Counted from the first letter of the stretch, positions 26,740-38,092 are shown. The stretch: 64,000 bases of DNA from a bacterium (GCA_014896235.1 JADBKU010000018.1:13986-77985); one strand, 5' to 3'. Notes: generated by a model from the sequence alone, not told the origin. Numbers and translations are program-made.

Positions 26740-28980
26740 TCATTCCGGCGACCGCATCCGGACTTCGCGCGGACGGGCGCCGTCGGCCGGCATCACCAGT
26801 CCTTCGCGCTCCATCCGCTCGACCATCCGCGCCGCGCGATTGTAGCCGATTCTGAGCCTGCGCTGGATCATCGAAATCGACGCCTGGTTGGTGTCGAGCA
26901 CGATTCGCACCGCGTCGTCGTAAAGTTCGTCGCGGTAGTCGTCGGCGCCGCCGGGACCGTCGCCGTCGCCCGCGACCGCCGTCTCGAGGATTTCCATCCG
27001 ATAGTCCGGCGCGCCCTGCGCGCGCAGAAAGTCGCAGACCCTGCGAATTTCGGTCTCGGAAACGAAAGGGCCGTGCAAGCGGCGCAGTTTGGCCGTTCCG
27101 GGCGGCATAAACAACATGTCGCCGGCGCCGAGCAGCCGTTCCGCTCCGATCGAATCGAGAATCGTCCGCGAATCGACGCGCGAGGTCACCTGCAAGGAAA
27201 TGCGCGCGGGCAGATTCGCCTTGATCAGGCCCGTCAACACATCAACTGAAGGCCGCTGGGTTGCGAGTATCAGATGGATTCCGGCGGCGCGCGCCTTTTG
27301 CGCCAGGCGCGTGATGTCGCGCTCGACGGTCTTACCCTCTGATAGCAACAGGTCGGCAAGTTCGTCGATAATGATTACGATTTTGGGCAGTCTGCGGTAT
27401 TTGACCGACTCGTCCTGCCATTCCTCGTCCGCGCCGGAATTTTGCTCGCGGCCGCCGCGGCGCAATTCGACCAGTTCGCCGCCCTGCCCGATCACGCGGT
27501 TGTAGCCGTCGATATTGCGCACCCCCAGGTCACGCATCAGCCGGTAGCGCGACTCCATTTCCTGAGTCGCCCACAACAACGCCGCCGCGGCCTTTTCCGG
27601 ATCGACCACAACGGGAACCAGCAGATGCGGAATCGCGTCGTAAACGGACAATTCCAGCATCTTGGGATCGATCAGGATAAAGCGCACATCGTCGGCCGTC
27701 GCGTTGAACAGGATCGAGGCGATCATCGTATGAATCGACACCGATTTGCCGGTGCCGGTCGCCCCGGCGATCAACAGATGCGGCATCGTGGCGAGGTCGG
27801 CGGCGACGGGATGGCCCGCGATGTCCTTGCCCAGTGCGATCGTGAGCTGGCTCTGCGCGGCGCGAAACTCTTCGGCCTCGAGAATCTCGCGTAGATAGAC
27901 CTTTTCGCGCCTGCGATTGGGAACCTCGATTCCGACCACCGCTTCGCCAGGCACCGGCGCCTGGATTCGCACCGTCGGCGCGCGCAGCGCCAAGGACAGA
28001 TCGTCGGCAAGATTGACGATTTGGCTCACTTTCACGCCGGAACCGGGCTCGAACTTGTACATCGTCACGACCGGTCCGGGCTGCACCTCGACTACCCGGC
28101 CGGAAACTCCAAAATCGCCCAGCTTCTGCTCGACCGCGCGCGCGCTTTCCCCGAGCGCGACCTCGTCGATCGCCGCATGCTCGCTCGCAGGCGTATCGAG
28201 CAGATCGAGCGGCGGAAGCTGAAACCCTCCAGCGCCGCGCGGCGGCGCAACCGACGTTGTCACGCCCGAAAGGCTTGCCGTTTTTGACGAAGCTGTCTTC
28301 GGCGCGAGCCGCGCGAGGAATTTCAGTTTGGGCGGCTCCGCAGCGCAATTTTCAGACGGCGTGGGCGCACCGGTCGTGGCGCGTATCGATGGCCCGCCGG
28401 TGGCGTCCGCCGGCGGATCGCTCGAATCGGCGCCGCGCCGTGAGGCGAAGGTGGCCAAAAAGTCGGTTGGCGCCAGATTGAGCGTCAGGGCGAGGCCGAC
28501 CGCGATCGCGACCATTACCGCGATCGCGCCGCCACCAAAATTCAAGTAGTCCTTTAATTCTGTGGCGATAAAAGCGCCGGCCGCGCCCGCGATCGTCATG
28601 TCCGCACGATCGATCGCCCCGCCGATCGCGCTGATCGCAATCAGCAGCAAGGAGGCGCCCATGGCCTGGTATGCAACTGTACGCCAATTTTCGGCCGTCC
28701 ATGCGCGCCATCCAAGCGCCGCCGCGACCACGATTACGATATAGGCTTCAACTCCGAACGCCGCCGTCAACGCCGCCGCCAGGGCGCCACCCAGCGATCC
28801 GCCCAGATTCACGCCGTCGCCGAACTCGCGCGAACCGAGGCTGAGCATCGCCCATGCCGCCGCCGCGGCGAACGCCAGCGCGGCCAGTTCGCGTGCGATT
28901 CGGCCGCCGCGCGAAGGCGCTTTCGCGAGCGCGGTCAAATCGATCGGCGGCGCTTTGGCCTGGCGCGGAATGGCGCTCAA
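26740..28980 (-). CDS. ftsK: DNA translocase FtsK/SpoIIIE
   Basis: N-terminal TM helices, Pro/Ala-rich linker, motor domain with GATGTGKSVSIHTMI Walker A and winged-helix gamma domain. 746 aa. Confidence 0.9.
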   Translation of the reverse strand: MSAIPRQAKAPPIDLTALAKAPSRGGRIARELAALAFAAAAAWAMLSLGSREFGDGVNLGGSLGGALAAALTAAFGVEAYIVIVVAAALGWRAWTAENWRTVAYQAMGASLLLIAISAIGGAIDRADMTIAGAAGAFIATELKDYLNFGGGAIAVMVAIAVGLALTLNLAPTDFLATFASRRGADSSDPPADATGGPSIRATTGAPTPSENCAAEPPKLKFLARLAPKTASSKTASLSGVTTSVAPPRGAGGFQLPPLDLLDTPASEHAAIDEVALGESARAVEQKLGDFGVSGRVVEVQPGPVVTMYKFEPGSGVKVSQIVNLADDLSLALRAPTVRIQAPVPGEAVVGIEVPNRRREKVYLREILEAEEFRAAQSQLTIALGKDIAGHPVAADLATMPHLLIAGATGTGKSVSIHTMIASILFNATADDVRFILIDPKMLELSVYDAIPHLLVPVVVDPEKAAAALLWATQEMESRYRLMRDLGVRNIDGYNRVIGQGGELVELRRGGREQNSGADEEWQDESVKYRRLPKIVIIIDELADLLLSEGKTVERDITRLAQKARAAGIHLILATQRPSVDVLTGLIKANLPARISLQVTSRVDSRTILDSIGAERLLGAGDMLFMPPGTAKLRRLHGPFVSETEIRRVCDFLRAQGAPDYRMEILETAVAGDGDGPGGADDYRDELYDDAVRIVLDTNQASISMIQRRLRIGYNRAARMVERMEREGLVMPADGARPREVRMRSPE

Positions 28981-30638
28981 ACCTCCATCACGTGCGGCAC
29001 GATCAACGGCCGGCGATTGATCGCGTCGGCGAAATAACGGCGCAGCACCCGCACCATTTCGTCTTTGAGGCGCGCAATATCGTCGTCGGGACGGGCGCCC
29101 ATCCCACGAATTCGGGCGGCCAGTTCGGCGCGGGCGCGCGCCAGATGAGGCGATGCGCCATCGCCGGGCACAACGCCGCGGGAAATCAGTTCCGGTCCGG
29201 CGACGACGCGACCGTTGCGCGCTGAAATCGCCAGCATCGCGATAATCGCGCCGTCATGCGCAAGGGCACGGCGCTCACGGATCAAAACCGGATCGCCAAG
29301 TTCCTCGCCATCGGCGAAGATCCGGCCGACCGGCGCGGGCCGGCCGCGGCGCGCGGCGCCGTTTTCAAGGATCAGCGAATCGCCGTCCTCGAGCAGGAAG
29401 CAGTTCGACGCCGGCACGCCGGCCTCGATCGCGAGCGCGCGATGGCGCACCAGATGGCGGTACTCGCCGTGGATTGGCGCAAAATGACGCGGCCGAACCA
29501 ACCGTATCATCTCGGCCAATTCGTCATGGCTCGCGTGTCCCGAAACGTGCACCGGCGCCACAGCGTCGTAAAAGACGTCCGCGCCGCGCTTGCACAGCGA
29601 ATTGACCATCGTGTTGATAATGCGTTCGTTGCCGGGGATAAAACGGGACGAAAGCACCACCACGTCGCCTTCATCCATATGCACCTGCGGATAGTTGTCG
29701 GCCGCCAGGCGAGCCATCGCCGACGACGGTTCGCCCTGACTGCCGCTGGTCAGGAAGACCAATCGCCGCCGCTCGAGAAAATCAGCCTCCGCACGCTCGA
29801 TAAAGGTTCCCGGCGGCAGATTTAGCTGGCCGGTTTCCTGTCCAATCCGGACGCTTTCGGCCATCCGGCGGCCGAGCGGCGCCACCCGCCGCCCGAACTC
29901 GTGCGCGACTTCGGCGACCTGGCGAATCCGATGCAGATGCGAAGAGAAGGAGGTCAGAAAGAAGCGGCCGGCGGCGCGGGCCATCAGGTCGCGCAGCACC
30001 GGCCGGATCGAACTCTCGGAGCGGGTTCGTCCCGGCCGTTCGACATTGGTCGAATCTGACAGCAGCAAGTCCACGCCCTCTTCGCCAAGCCGCGCAAAGC
30101 GTTCGGTATCGAAAGGCGCGCCGTCAACCGGAGCGGGATCGATCTTGAAGTCGCCGGAATGCACAATCAGCGCGCCCGGCGCCCGAATCGCAAGCGCGAT
30201 CGAGTCGGGCGTCGAATGAGTGACCGCGATCGGCTCAACCCGAAACGGCCCGAGACTGATTTCACGGCCGGCGGCGACTTCGCGCAAATCGGCCCCGCCG
30301 AGTCCGTCTTCAGCGAGGCCGCGCCGCACAAATGCAAGTGTTACTTTAGATCCGTAAACGGGCGCGGGGAACTGCCGCAGCACGAACGGCAACGCGCCGA
30401 TATGATCTTCATGGGCGTGGGTCAGAATTATTCCCGCCAGATGCGGGCGCGCCTGCGCAAGATAGCGCAAATCGGGCAACATCAGCCCGCCGCCGAGCGC
30501 GCTTTCGGGCGAAAACATCACGCCGGCGTCGATTAGAATTGCTTCGTCGCCGTATTCGACGACCATCAGGTTGAGCCCGATTTCGCCGAGCCCGCCCAAT
30601 GGCGTAATTTTGATTGGCGTGGATTTCGCCGCAGCCAT
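28977..30638 (-). CDS. rnj: Ribonuclease J (metallo-beta-lactamase/beta-CASP)
   Basis: ITPLGGLGEIGLNLMVVEY start, THAHEDHIGALP (HxHxDH) motif, 553 aa. Confidence 0.85.
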   Translation of the reverse strand: MAAAKSTPIKITPLGGLGEIGLNLMVVEYGDEAILIDAGVMFSPESALGGGLMLPDLRYLAQARPHLAGIILTHAHEDHIGALPFVLRQFPAPVYGSKVTLAFVRRGLAEDGLGGADLREVAAGREISLGPFRVEPIAVTHSTPDSIALAIRAPGALIVHSGDFKIDPAPVDGAPFDTERFARLGEEGVDLLLSDSTNVERPGRTRSESSIRPVLRDLMARAAGRFFLTSFSSHLHRIRQVAEVAHEFGRRVAPLGRRMAESVRIGQETGQLNLPPGTFIERAEADFLERRRLVFLTSGSQGEPSSAMARLAADNYPQVHMDEGDVVVLSSRFIPGNERIINTMVNSLCKRGADVFYDAVAPVHVSGHASHDELAEMIRLVRPRHFAPIHGEYRHLVRHRALAIEAGVPASNCFLLEDGDSLILENGAARRGRPAPVGRIFADGEELGDPVLIRERRALAHDGAIIAMLAISARNGRVVAGPELISRGVVPGDGASPHLARARAELAARIRGMGARPDDDIARLKDEMVRVLRRYFADAINRRPLIVPHVMEV

Positions 30639-30853
30639 CAGCCCTTCGCAACCCTGCCCCGCCCGCGCGCCGGCGGTACGACCCCGCCAGAATTATATCC
30701 AGCGCCTTCCGCGGGCGGAAGCCGCACCAGTCCAACACGGCCGCGAGCGCCGCGCTTGTGGACGGTCCATGGCGCTTGTGAACAACCAGCGCCGCCGCAC
30801 GCTTGCGCTCGATTCGGAGCCGGCTTAGCTTGGGCTTATCGAGGCCGCATCTG

Positions 30854-31282
30854 ATGTCGGTAAACAAAGTAATTCTGGTCGGCAATCTCGGGCGCGATCC
30901 CGAGGTGCGCTACCTGCCTTCGGGCCAAACCGTCGCCAAGTTCACGCTTGCGACCAGCGACTCATACAACGATCGCAGCGGCGCGCGACAGGAGCGCACC
31001 GAATGGCACAATATCGTGGTATGGGGCAAACAGGCGGAACTTTGCGGCCAATATCTTAAAAAAGGCCGTCAGGTTTACGTCGAGGGACGCATCTCGAATC
31101 AACAGTACGAGGCCAAAGACGGCAGCGGCAAACGCTACCGCACCGAGATAATCGCGCAACGCGTGCAGTTCCTCGGCGGACGCGCTGGCGCCGGCGCGGG
31201 CGGCGGGATGGACGAACCGATCGAGCTTGGCGCGGGCGAAGGCGGCGGCGCGCCGATGGACGACGAGGACATCCCCTTCTAG
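30854..31282 (+). CDS. ssb: Single-stranded DNA-binding protein
   Basis: [26 protein letters not shown]-fold start, Gly-rich tail ending DDEDIPF. 142 aa. Confidence 0.9.
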   Translation: MSVNKVILVGNLGRDPEVRYLPSGQTVAKFTLATSDSYNDRSGARQERTEWHNIVVWGKQAELCGQYLKKGRQVYVEGRISNQQYEAKDGSGKRYRTEIIAQRVQFLGGRAGAGAGGGMDEPIELGAGEGGGAPMDDEDIPF

Positions 31283-31354
31283 TCCTTCGATAAAGGTCTT
31301 CGCCGCCGACCGCGGCAATCGACTGCGCGACCGGCAGCGAAGCGCCAATTAGAA

Positions 31355-32116
31355 TTACTGGGCGATGTAACCGCCATCGACCGGCATCGGCAGCCCGGTC
31401 ACGAACGACGACGCGTCCGAGCACAACCACAAAACCGCTTCAGCAATCTCTTCGGGCTTGCCCATGCGATGCATCGGTTCGGCGGCGAAGATTTGCTCCT
31501 CGTTGAAGGAACCACGATCGAGCACCCGCTCGACCATGGGCGTGCGGATAAAGCCGGGGCAGACGGCATTGACGCGGATGCCGCGTTGCGCGAATTCGAG
31601 CGCCGCGGTCTTGGTCAGTCCGGCGACGCCGTGCTTGGCGGCGACATAGGCGGGCGCGCCCGCAAGCCCAATCAGTCCGGCCGCGGACGAGGTGTTGACG
31701 ATCGCGCCGCCGCCCTGCTTCAGCATCTGCGCAATTTCATACTTCATGCAGTAGAAGACGCCGCTCAGATTGATCGCGATTACGCGATCCCAGTTCTCCA
31801 GCGAACATTCCGGCGTGCTCGCCATCTGGCCCTCGATTCCAGCGTTGTTGAAGGCGCAATCGAGCCGGCCGTGAGCCGCGACGATTTTCCCGATCAGCGC
31901 CTCGACCTGCGCGGGATTCGACATGTCCGCGGCGTGAAACTCGGCCGCGCCGCCCGCATTGCGAATTTCTTTGGCGGTGCGCTCGCCGCCTTCGGCGTTG
32001 TAATCGGAAATCACGACACGCGCGCCCTCGCGGCCGAACAACAACGCGGTTGCGCGCCCGATTCCCGAACCGCCGCCGGTGATCAATGAAACTTTGCCTT
32101 CGACTCGACCCGCCAT
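31355..32116 (-). CDS. SDR-family oxidoreductase (short-chain dehydrogenase)
   Basis: ITGGGSGIGRA Rossmann motif, NNAG, YVAAKHG (YxxxK). 253 aa. Confidence 0.85.
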   Translation of the reverse strand: MAGRVEGKVSLITGGGSGIGRATALLFGREGARVVISDYNAEGGERTAKEIRNAGGAAEFHAADMSNPAQVEALIGKIVAAHGRLDCAFNNAGIEGQMASTPECSLENWDRVIAINLSGVFYCMKYEIAQMLKQGGGAIVNTSSAAGLIGLAGAPAYVAAKHGVAGLTKTAALEFAQRGIRVNAVCPGFIRTPMVERVLDRGSFNEEQIFAAEPMHRMGKPEEIAEAVLWLCSDASSFVTGLPMPVDGGYIAQ

Positions 32117-32216
32117 GATTTTTTCTCCTCGTGCGGAATAAATCCCCGCTCCATATCGCCGATTCCCGCCGCGCCCGCAAGTCCGCGCCGATTAGACCAA
32201 TTGGAGACTAACCGAT

Positions 32217-32558
32217 TCACCGCAATTGCGGCCGTGCCTTTGACTTCGTCCCCGCCGCGAAGCATCGCTCGAGCGCGGCGCGTAACTCGCCGATCGCAAG
32301 GCCGCGATAGGTGGCCGGCGCGCATTCAAGTTTGCCTCGCGCCTTGTTCCACAGTCGTGCCGCGCCGCGCGGATTATTCCGTTCGCGATGGAGCAGCGCA
32401 GCGGCGGCCTGAATCAGGCCCTGCACGATCGTGCGGTCGGGTTCCGATGCGCCGAGCCAGATTCGCTCCCACGCCTCATGCGCCTCGAAATAACGGCCGG
32501 CGTTGAACAACTCCGCCCCGCGCATCAATGCCGTGTCGAATTCCCGTTCGGAATGCAT
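32217..32558 (-). CDS. DUF309 domain protein
   Basis: FNAGRYFEAHEAWE...W motif characteristic of DUF309. 113 aa. Confidence 0.6.
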   Translation of the reverse strand: MHSEREFDTALMRGAELFNAGRYFEAHEAWERIWLGASEPDRTIVQGLIQAAAALLHRERNNPRGAARLWNKARGKLECAPATYRGLAIGELRAALERCFAAGTKSKARPQLR

Positions 32559-32685
32559 CGCAGAGAGGCTTCGCGCGCGCGTGCTTGACGGGCGCGGCGG
32601 GGCCGTTCCACTATTGCGCCGTAAGCGAAACGTTCAGCAAGCGAGGCCGCGCCATCTTCTATGGGCGGTGCGGCCGGAGGTCCCG

Positions 32686-33459
32686 ATGAGCCAGGCGACG
32701 AAGCTGATCGCGCTCGACGGCGCGACCATCAGCATGAAGGAAAAACATCTGATGATGGGCGGCAGCGACCGCGTCATCGATATTCCCATTCCGAGCTTTT
32801 TAATCGAGCATCCCAAGGGGCTGGTGCTGTTCGACACCGGATGCGCTCCCGAGGTCGCAACCGATCCCGAGGGCTATTGGGGTCCGGCGACCAAGTTTCT
32901 GCGCAATATCCGCTACACGCCCGACCAGGTGGTCGATCGCCAGATCAAGCTGCACGGCTACCGGCCCGAGGACGTGAAATTCGTCGTCGTTTCGCATCTC
33001 CATCTCGACCATTCCGGCGGGATGAAGCTCTTTCCGCAGGCGCAGCTAATCACCTTCAAGGGCGAACTGCCCTACGCCTACTGGCCGGACCGCAAGGCGC
33101 GCAACGGCTTCATCCTCGCCGACCTGCTGCCGACGCGCGGTTTCGACTGGCGCGAACTGACTGAGGACACGGACCTTTTCGGCGACGGCAGCGTCAATAT
33201 CATCAAGACCGCCGGCCATACTCCCGGAGAATGTTCGCTGAAGGTGCGGCTCAAGCGCGGCAACGTGATTCTGACCGGCGACACGATTCATATCCGGCCG
33301 CAACTGGAGACGCTCGCCGCGATGGACAGCGATTACGATATCGCCGAGGCGAGCGCGTCGATCCGCCGCCTGCGCGACATGCAGGAAAGCGGCGAGGCGA
33401 CGCTCTGGATCAGCCACGACCCCGACGACTGGAAGCGCTACGAGCACGTGATGGAATAG
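32686..33459 (+). CDS. MBL-fold metallo-hydrolase, N-acyl-homoserine-lactonase-like
   Basis: HLHLDHSGG (HxHxDH), downstream TAGHTPGE His, 257 aa. AiiA-like lactonase subfamily. Confidence 0.7.
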   Translation: MSQATKLIALDGATISMKEKHLMMGGSDRVIDIPIPSFLIEHPKGLVLFDTGCAPEVATDPEGYWGPATKFLRNIRYTPDQVVDRQIKLHGYRPEDVKFVVVSHLHLDHSGGMKLFPQAQLITFKGELPYAYWPDRKARNGFILADLLPTRGFDWRELTEDTDLFGDGSVNIIKTAGHTPGECSLKVRLKRGNVILTGDTIHIRPQLETLAAMDSDYDIAEASASIRRLRDMQESGEATLWISHDPDDWKRYEHVME

Positions 33460-33472
33460 CGCGGCGCGCGCG

Positions 33473-36400
33473 TCAGCCGCCGGCGAGCGCGCGAAGCGGA
33501 GCGGGACCGGGCAGTCCGTCGCGCACAAGGGCGCGGCCGTCGGAATGAAATCCGATCGCGGCCAGCGCCGGCACGCGATCCGATTCGAGCGCGGGCGCGC
33601 CGTCGATCGTTTCGATCGCGAGCTTAGGACGCAGCCTGAGCAACGCCGCGAGCGCCGCCGCGAAATCGCGCTCGCTCAAGCCGGCGGCGCCTGTCAATGC
33701 GCGGCTCGCCAGCCCGAGCAGCATCCGCCCCGAACGCATCACGATGAAATTTCCCGGCTCGCGCGCGATTCCGCAGGCCGGCGTCAGCCATCCGCACGGA
33801 TTCGCCGGATCGGCGGCGCAAATCGCGACCGGCTCGGCCGCCGCGTCCTCGACCCGCGCCGCGCGCAACATTTCCAGCGCTTCGGGCAGCGCGTATTGCT
33901 CGCCGCCGAGGCCGTGGACGAAATAGCCGCGCCGAATCGCGCCAGCGTATTCCATCCGGCGCAACGCGAAAACCAGCTCGCGCCAGGGCGGCGCGGTTGC
34001 GTCGGTCGCGGCGATCTCGCGCGTCAGCACGCCGTTGCGTTCGAGCAGCGCGAGCGCCGCTGCGCGCGTCGCGTCGGAATGATCGCTCTCGTCGCCCGAA
34101 TCCGGCCGCTGTTCGCTCGCGATCGGCGACCAGCGGCCGGCGACGCTCGATTTCAGGCGCGCGCGGATCGCGGCGTCGCGCTTGATTCCATCGCGCGATC
34201 CGCCGTCGGCGAGCGCGTCGCGCGCGGCATGGCCGTCGGCCATCATCCGCAGCGGCCCAAAGCTGTCGTTGGTCGCGCGGCCGAGGGCGGCCAAGCGCCA
34301 AAGCGCCCGCAGCGCGTCGCGTTCGGAAAGATTCGCGCGTTCCGCCAGTTCGTCAAGAAATTGCGCGCCGCCCGAACGCAGCGCGGCGTCGGCCGCCGCA
34401 AGCCGCGGATCGTCGAGGACGCGGGCCTCGCTTACGCCGTCGGCGGCATTGCGGATTCCGCCGCGCCGGCGCACAAAACGGATCTTCGCTGGAACCTGCC
34501 CAATCTCAGCCTCAGGCGCATCGCCCGTCACGCCCACCCATCGCCACATCCCCGACGCGCAGGCGAGATCGAGCAACTCCGGCCGGTATCCGTCGATCCG
34601 CGCGGGCAGAATCGCGCGCTCCCAAACCGCCGGCGCGAACGCCATCCCCTCCAGCCGGCGCAAAACCTCCGCGACGCTATCGACAGTGGCCGGCAGGCCG
34701 GCGCCGATTTGAAACCAGCGCAGCCGAAACGCGGCGAACGCGCGCGCGTCCGCCGGTTCGGCCTCGGCGCGCACCCTGCTCAAGGTATGGCGATGCAACC
34801 GATGGAGCACGTACCGGTCGCACCATTGATTCGGCGCTCCATCGATCGCGGGAGCGGTGAAATGGCCGCGAAAACCCGCGCCGCGCGTCTCAAGTCCGAT
34901 GAGGATGCGCTCCGCTTCTACATTCGTTATTCCGATACGTTCCGCGATTTCGGCGGTCGTTGCGGGTAACGTGGCGGCCATCGTGCGCCGCACGATTTCG
35001 GCGAGCGCCGCGTCGCGATCGGCGCCGCCCTCCGGACGCGGAAACAGGCGGCCTTGCAGGTCGATCGCGCCGGGATAGGCGGCGGCGTAAAGCGCCGCGT
35101 CCTCGGCCGCGACCAGCATCGCGGGACCGTCCGGCGCGCGGCGGAGCCGCAGGATGCGCCCGGATTTTTCGAGTTGATCGGCGAGCTTGGCGGCGGAGTC
35201 GCCGAGCGCGCTGATTTCCGGCGTTGAAATCGCGCCGCGCTCGCGGATCAGCTCATGCAATTCGTCGGCATTGCGCGGCCGATAGCCTGCCGCGGTTCGA
35301 TCAAGCTCGGCGCCGACGCGCGCGATCGCTTCGGCGGCGATCACGCCGGAGAGATCGTCCGCGCGGAAAACCTCTTCAGCGAGCGCGCGATTCATCGTGA
35401 CGGAGCGGCTGCGGCGGTCCGCGCGCTCGCCGTCGTCGAGGAACGAATAGTCCCATGCGAGCAGGATGCGCTGCGCGAAGACCGACGGCGCGACGCTGTC
35501 AACCATCCGCACGCGCACCTCGCCGCGCTCGATTCCGGCGAGCAGCGCGACGAGGCCGTCGGCGTCGGCCGATTCCTGCAGGCACTCGCGCATCGTCTCC
35601 GTGACGATAAAATGATCCGGAATTTCGATCGTGGGCGGGCGGTTCTCGAAACAGGCGTTGCGGCGCGGGAAGATCGCGGCGATCAGCTCCTGCGTGCGCA
35701 TCCGCTGCAGCCACGCCGGCGTCTTGCGTCCGCCGAGCGAGCGCATCACGCTGAGCGCGCGCGTCGCGACGTGGCGGAAGCGCACCTCGAACATCGGCGC
35801 GTCGAGCATCGCCTGCGCCAGCACATCGGCCGCATGGCGCGAATCAAGCATCGCGAGCAAATCGCCAAGCTCGAAGCTGTGCCGCGAATTGAGCGCGAGC
35901 AGCGCGGCGTCATCAATCGCCGAAGCCTGGATTTCGAAATCGAACGACTGGCAAAGGCGCTTGCGCAGGGCGAGGCCGAGTCCGCGATTGAAGCGGATTC
36001 CGAACGGCGCGTGGATGACGACTTGCGTGCCGCCGACTCCGTCGAAAAAACGCTCGACCACGATCGTCCGTTCGTCGGGCACGACGCCCAGCGCGGCGAC
36101 GCCGCGGCGAATCCACGCGGCGGCCTGCGCGGCGGCGTTCTCGTCAAGCGCGCAATTTTCCCGCAGCCATCCAGCGGCTTGCGCTTCGCCCTCTTCTCCG
36201 GCCGACACCATGCGCGCGATTTCGCGGCGCAATTCAGACACTTCCGCCGAAAGCGCGGCGGAGCGTCCGCCGGCTTCGGTCTGCCAGAACGGCAGGGACG
36301 GCGCCATCCCGGGCGCCGGCTCGACCAGCAGGCGGTTTTTCGAGATGCCGAGGATTCGCCACGGCATCGAACCGAGCGCAAAAATATCGCCGCGCGACGA

Positions 36401-38017
36401 CTCTTGCGCGAAGTCTTCCTCGACGTCGCCGATTTTGCGCCCCTCGGAGGCGATCACCGCGTCGAGATTGCCGCTCTCCGGAATCGTGCCGCCGGAGGTG
36501 ATCGCGGCCAGCCGGCCGCCGCGCCGGGGACGCACGCGCCGCGCGCCACGGTCGTAGAATATCTTTGGCGCCGCGCCCGCGATTCGCTCGGGCAGGGCGG
36601 CCGCCATCTGTGCGAGCAGGCGATCGAGATCGTCTTCGCCAAACTCCGCGAAGTTATGCGCTCCGCGCAGGATCGCGAGCAGATCGGCGCGCGCGATATC
36701 CTCTTCCTCGGACGCGATCGCGACGATTTGTTGCGCGGCGACGTCGAGCGGCGCGCGCGCGGCTTCGACCGCGTCGAGCCGGCCGGCGCGAATCGCGCGC
36801 ACCGCGGCGGCGCACTCGATCAGGTCGTCGGTGGTGAGTGCGAAGAAACGACCCTTCGGCGTCGCGCCCAACTGATGGCCCGAGCGGCCGATACGCTGCA
36901 CGGCGGCCGAGATCGATTTCGGCGAATCGATCTGGCAGACGAGATCGACCGCGCCGACGTCGATGCCGAGTTCGAGCGAGGCGGTCGCGACGATCGCTTT
37001 CAGCTCGCCCGACTTGAGCCGCCGCTCGGCCTTGAGCCGTTCGGCGCGCGCGAGGCTGCCGTGATGGGCCATCACGGCGTCGGCGCCGATTCGTTTTTGC
37101 AGCGCGAGCGCGATCCGCTCGGCCCATCGGCGCGACAGCGTGAACACGAGGGTCGTGCGATGCTCCCGGATCAGGCCTGCGACCGTGTCGTACATCGCCT
37201 CCCAATGCTGATGGGTCGCAAGCGGGCCGAGTTCCGGGCCGGGCGCGATTACGGACAGATCGAGCGCGCGCGGCGCGTCGTCGGCGCGTACGATTTCAAC
37301 CGGCCGGGGCCGGCGCGTTCCATCCGGTTCGATTTCGCCGCCAGCCAGAAAGGCTGCAAGCGTCGCGATCGGATTAAGCGTCGCGGAAAGGCCGATTCGA
37401 ATCGGGCGCAGCGCCCCGGATCGGCGCACCAGCCGGTCGAGCCGCTCGAGCGTGAGCGCCAGATGGGCGCCGCGCTTGTCGCCGGCGATCGCGTGCAGTT
37501 CGTCCACGATCACGTAGCGCACGGCGCGGAGCTTTTCGCGAAAGCGCGGCGACGTCAGCAGGATAAACAGCGACTCGGGCGTGGTGACTAGAATATGCGG
37601 CGGCCGCCGCAGCATCGCAGCGCGCTCGTGGGCGGGCGTGTCGCCGGTGCGCAAGCCGGCCCGCACGGGCGCCAGCTCGATTCCCATCGCGGCGGCGGCT
37701 TCGCGCACTCCCGCCAGCGGCTCTTCGAGATTCAGCCGGATATCGTTGGCAAGCGCCTTGAGCGGCGAAACATAGAGAACCGAAACCGCGTCGGTCAGGC
37801 GGCCAGCGGCGGCTTCTCCGGTCAGGCGGTCGATCGCCCACATGAACGCGGCGAGCGTTTTGCCGCTGCCGGTGGGCGCGCAGAGCAGAACGTCGTGGCC
37901 GGGCGCTTCGGCGGCGCGCGCGATTACCGGCCATCCGCGCTCCTGCGCCGGCGCCGGCGCGCCGAAACGGCGCCGAAACCACTCGCGCACGGCGGGATTG
38001 AAAGCGGCGAGCGTCAC
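33473..38017 (-). CDS. lhr: ATP-dependent helicase Lhr (large helicase-related, DEAD/DEAH box)
   Basis: LLCAPTGSGKT Walker A, DELH box, SATL motif III, helicase C motifs. 1514-aa length matches Lhr. Confidence 0.85.
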   Translation of the reverse strand: MTLAAFNPAVREWFRRRFGAPAPAQERGWPVIARAAEAPGHDVLLCAPTGSGKTLAAFMWAIDRLTGEAAAGRLTDAVSVLYVSPLKALANDIRLNLEEPLAGVREAAAAMGIELAPVRAGLRTGDTPAHERAAMLRRPPHILVTTPESLFILLTSPRFREKLRAVRYVIVDELHAIAGDKRGAHLALTLERLDRLVRRSGALRPIRIGLSATLNPIATLAAFLAGGEIEPDGTRRPRPVEIVRADDAPRALDLSVIAPGPELGPLATHQHWEAMYDTVAGLIREHRTTLVFTLSRRWAERIALALQKRIGADAVMAHHGSLARAERLKAERRLKSGELKAIVATASLELGIDVGAVDLVCQIDSPKSISAAVQRIGRSGHQLGATPKGRFFALTTDDLIECAAAVRAIRAGRLDAVEAARAPLDVAAQQIVAIASEEEDIARADLLAILRGAHNFAEFGEDDLDRLLAQMAAALPERIAGAAPKIFYDRGARRVRPRRGGRLAAITSGGTIPESGNLDAVIASEGRKIGDVEEDFAQESSRGDIFALGSMPWRILGISKNRLLVEPAPGMAPSLPFWQTEAGGRSAALSAEVSELRREIARMVSAGEEGEAQAAGWLRENCALDENAAAQAAAWIRRGVAALGVVPDERTIVVERFFDGVGGTQVVIHAPFGIRFNRGLGLALRKRLCQSFDFEIQASAIDDAALLALNSRHSFELGDLLAMLDSRHAADVLAQAMLDAPMFEVRFRHVATRALSVMRSLGGRKTPAWLQRMRTQELIAAIFPRRNACFENRPPTIEIPDHFIVTETMRECLQESADADGLVALLAGIERGEVRVRMVDSVAPSVFAQRILLAWDYSFLDDGERADRRSRSVTMNRALAEEVFRADDLSGVIAAEAIARVGAELDRTAAGYRPRNADELHELIRERGAISTPEISALGDSAAKLADQLEKSGRILRLRRAPDGPAMLVAAEDAALYAAAYPGAIDLQGRLFPRPEGGADRDAALAEIVRRTMAATLPATTAEIAERIGITNVEAERILIGLETRGAGFRGHFTAPAIDGAPNQWCDRYVLHRLHRHTLSRVRAEAEPADARAFAAFRLRWFQIGAGLPATVDSVAEVLRRLEGMAFAPAVWERAILPARIDGYRPELLDLACASGMWRWVGVTGDAPEAEIGQVPAKIRFVRRRGGIRNAADGVSEARVLDDPRLAAADAALRSGGAQFLDELAERANLSERDALRALWRLAALGRATNDSFGPLRMMADGHAARDALADGGSRDGIKRDAAIRARLKSSVAGRWSPIASEQRPDSGDESDHSDATRAAALALLERNGVLTREIAATDATAPPWRELVFALRRMEYAGAIRRGYFVHGLGGEQYALPEALEMLRAARVEDAAAEPVAICAADPANPCGWLTPACGIAREPGNFIVMRSGRMLLGLASRALTGAAGLSERDFAAALAALLRLRPKLAIETIDGAPALESDRVPALAAIGFHSDGRALVRDGLPGPAPLRALAGG

Positions 38018-38092
38018 GCGCGGATTCTAGCACGCCGCAGCGGCGCGAGCCGCCCGCCGCGGCGATGACGCCGCTCCGGCCGTAGCGCGTCT

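Noticed and set aside
33545-37591. 474-aa and 778-aa plus-strand ORFs
   Set aside because: Antisense to lhr. Arg/Asp-rich with no motifs.
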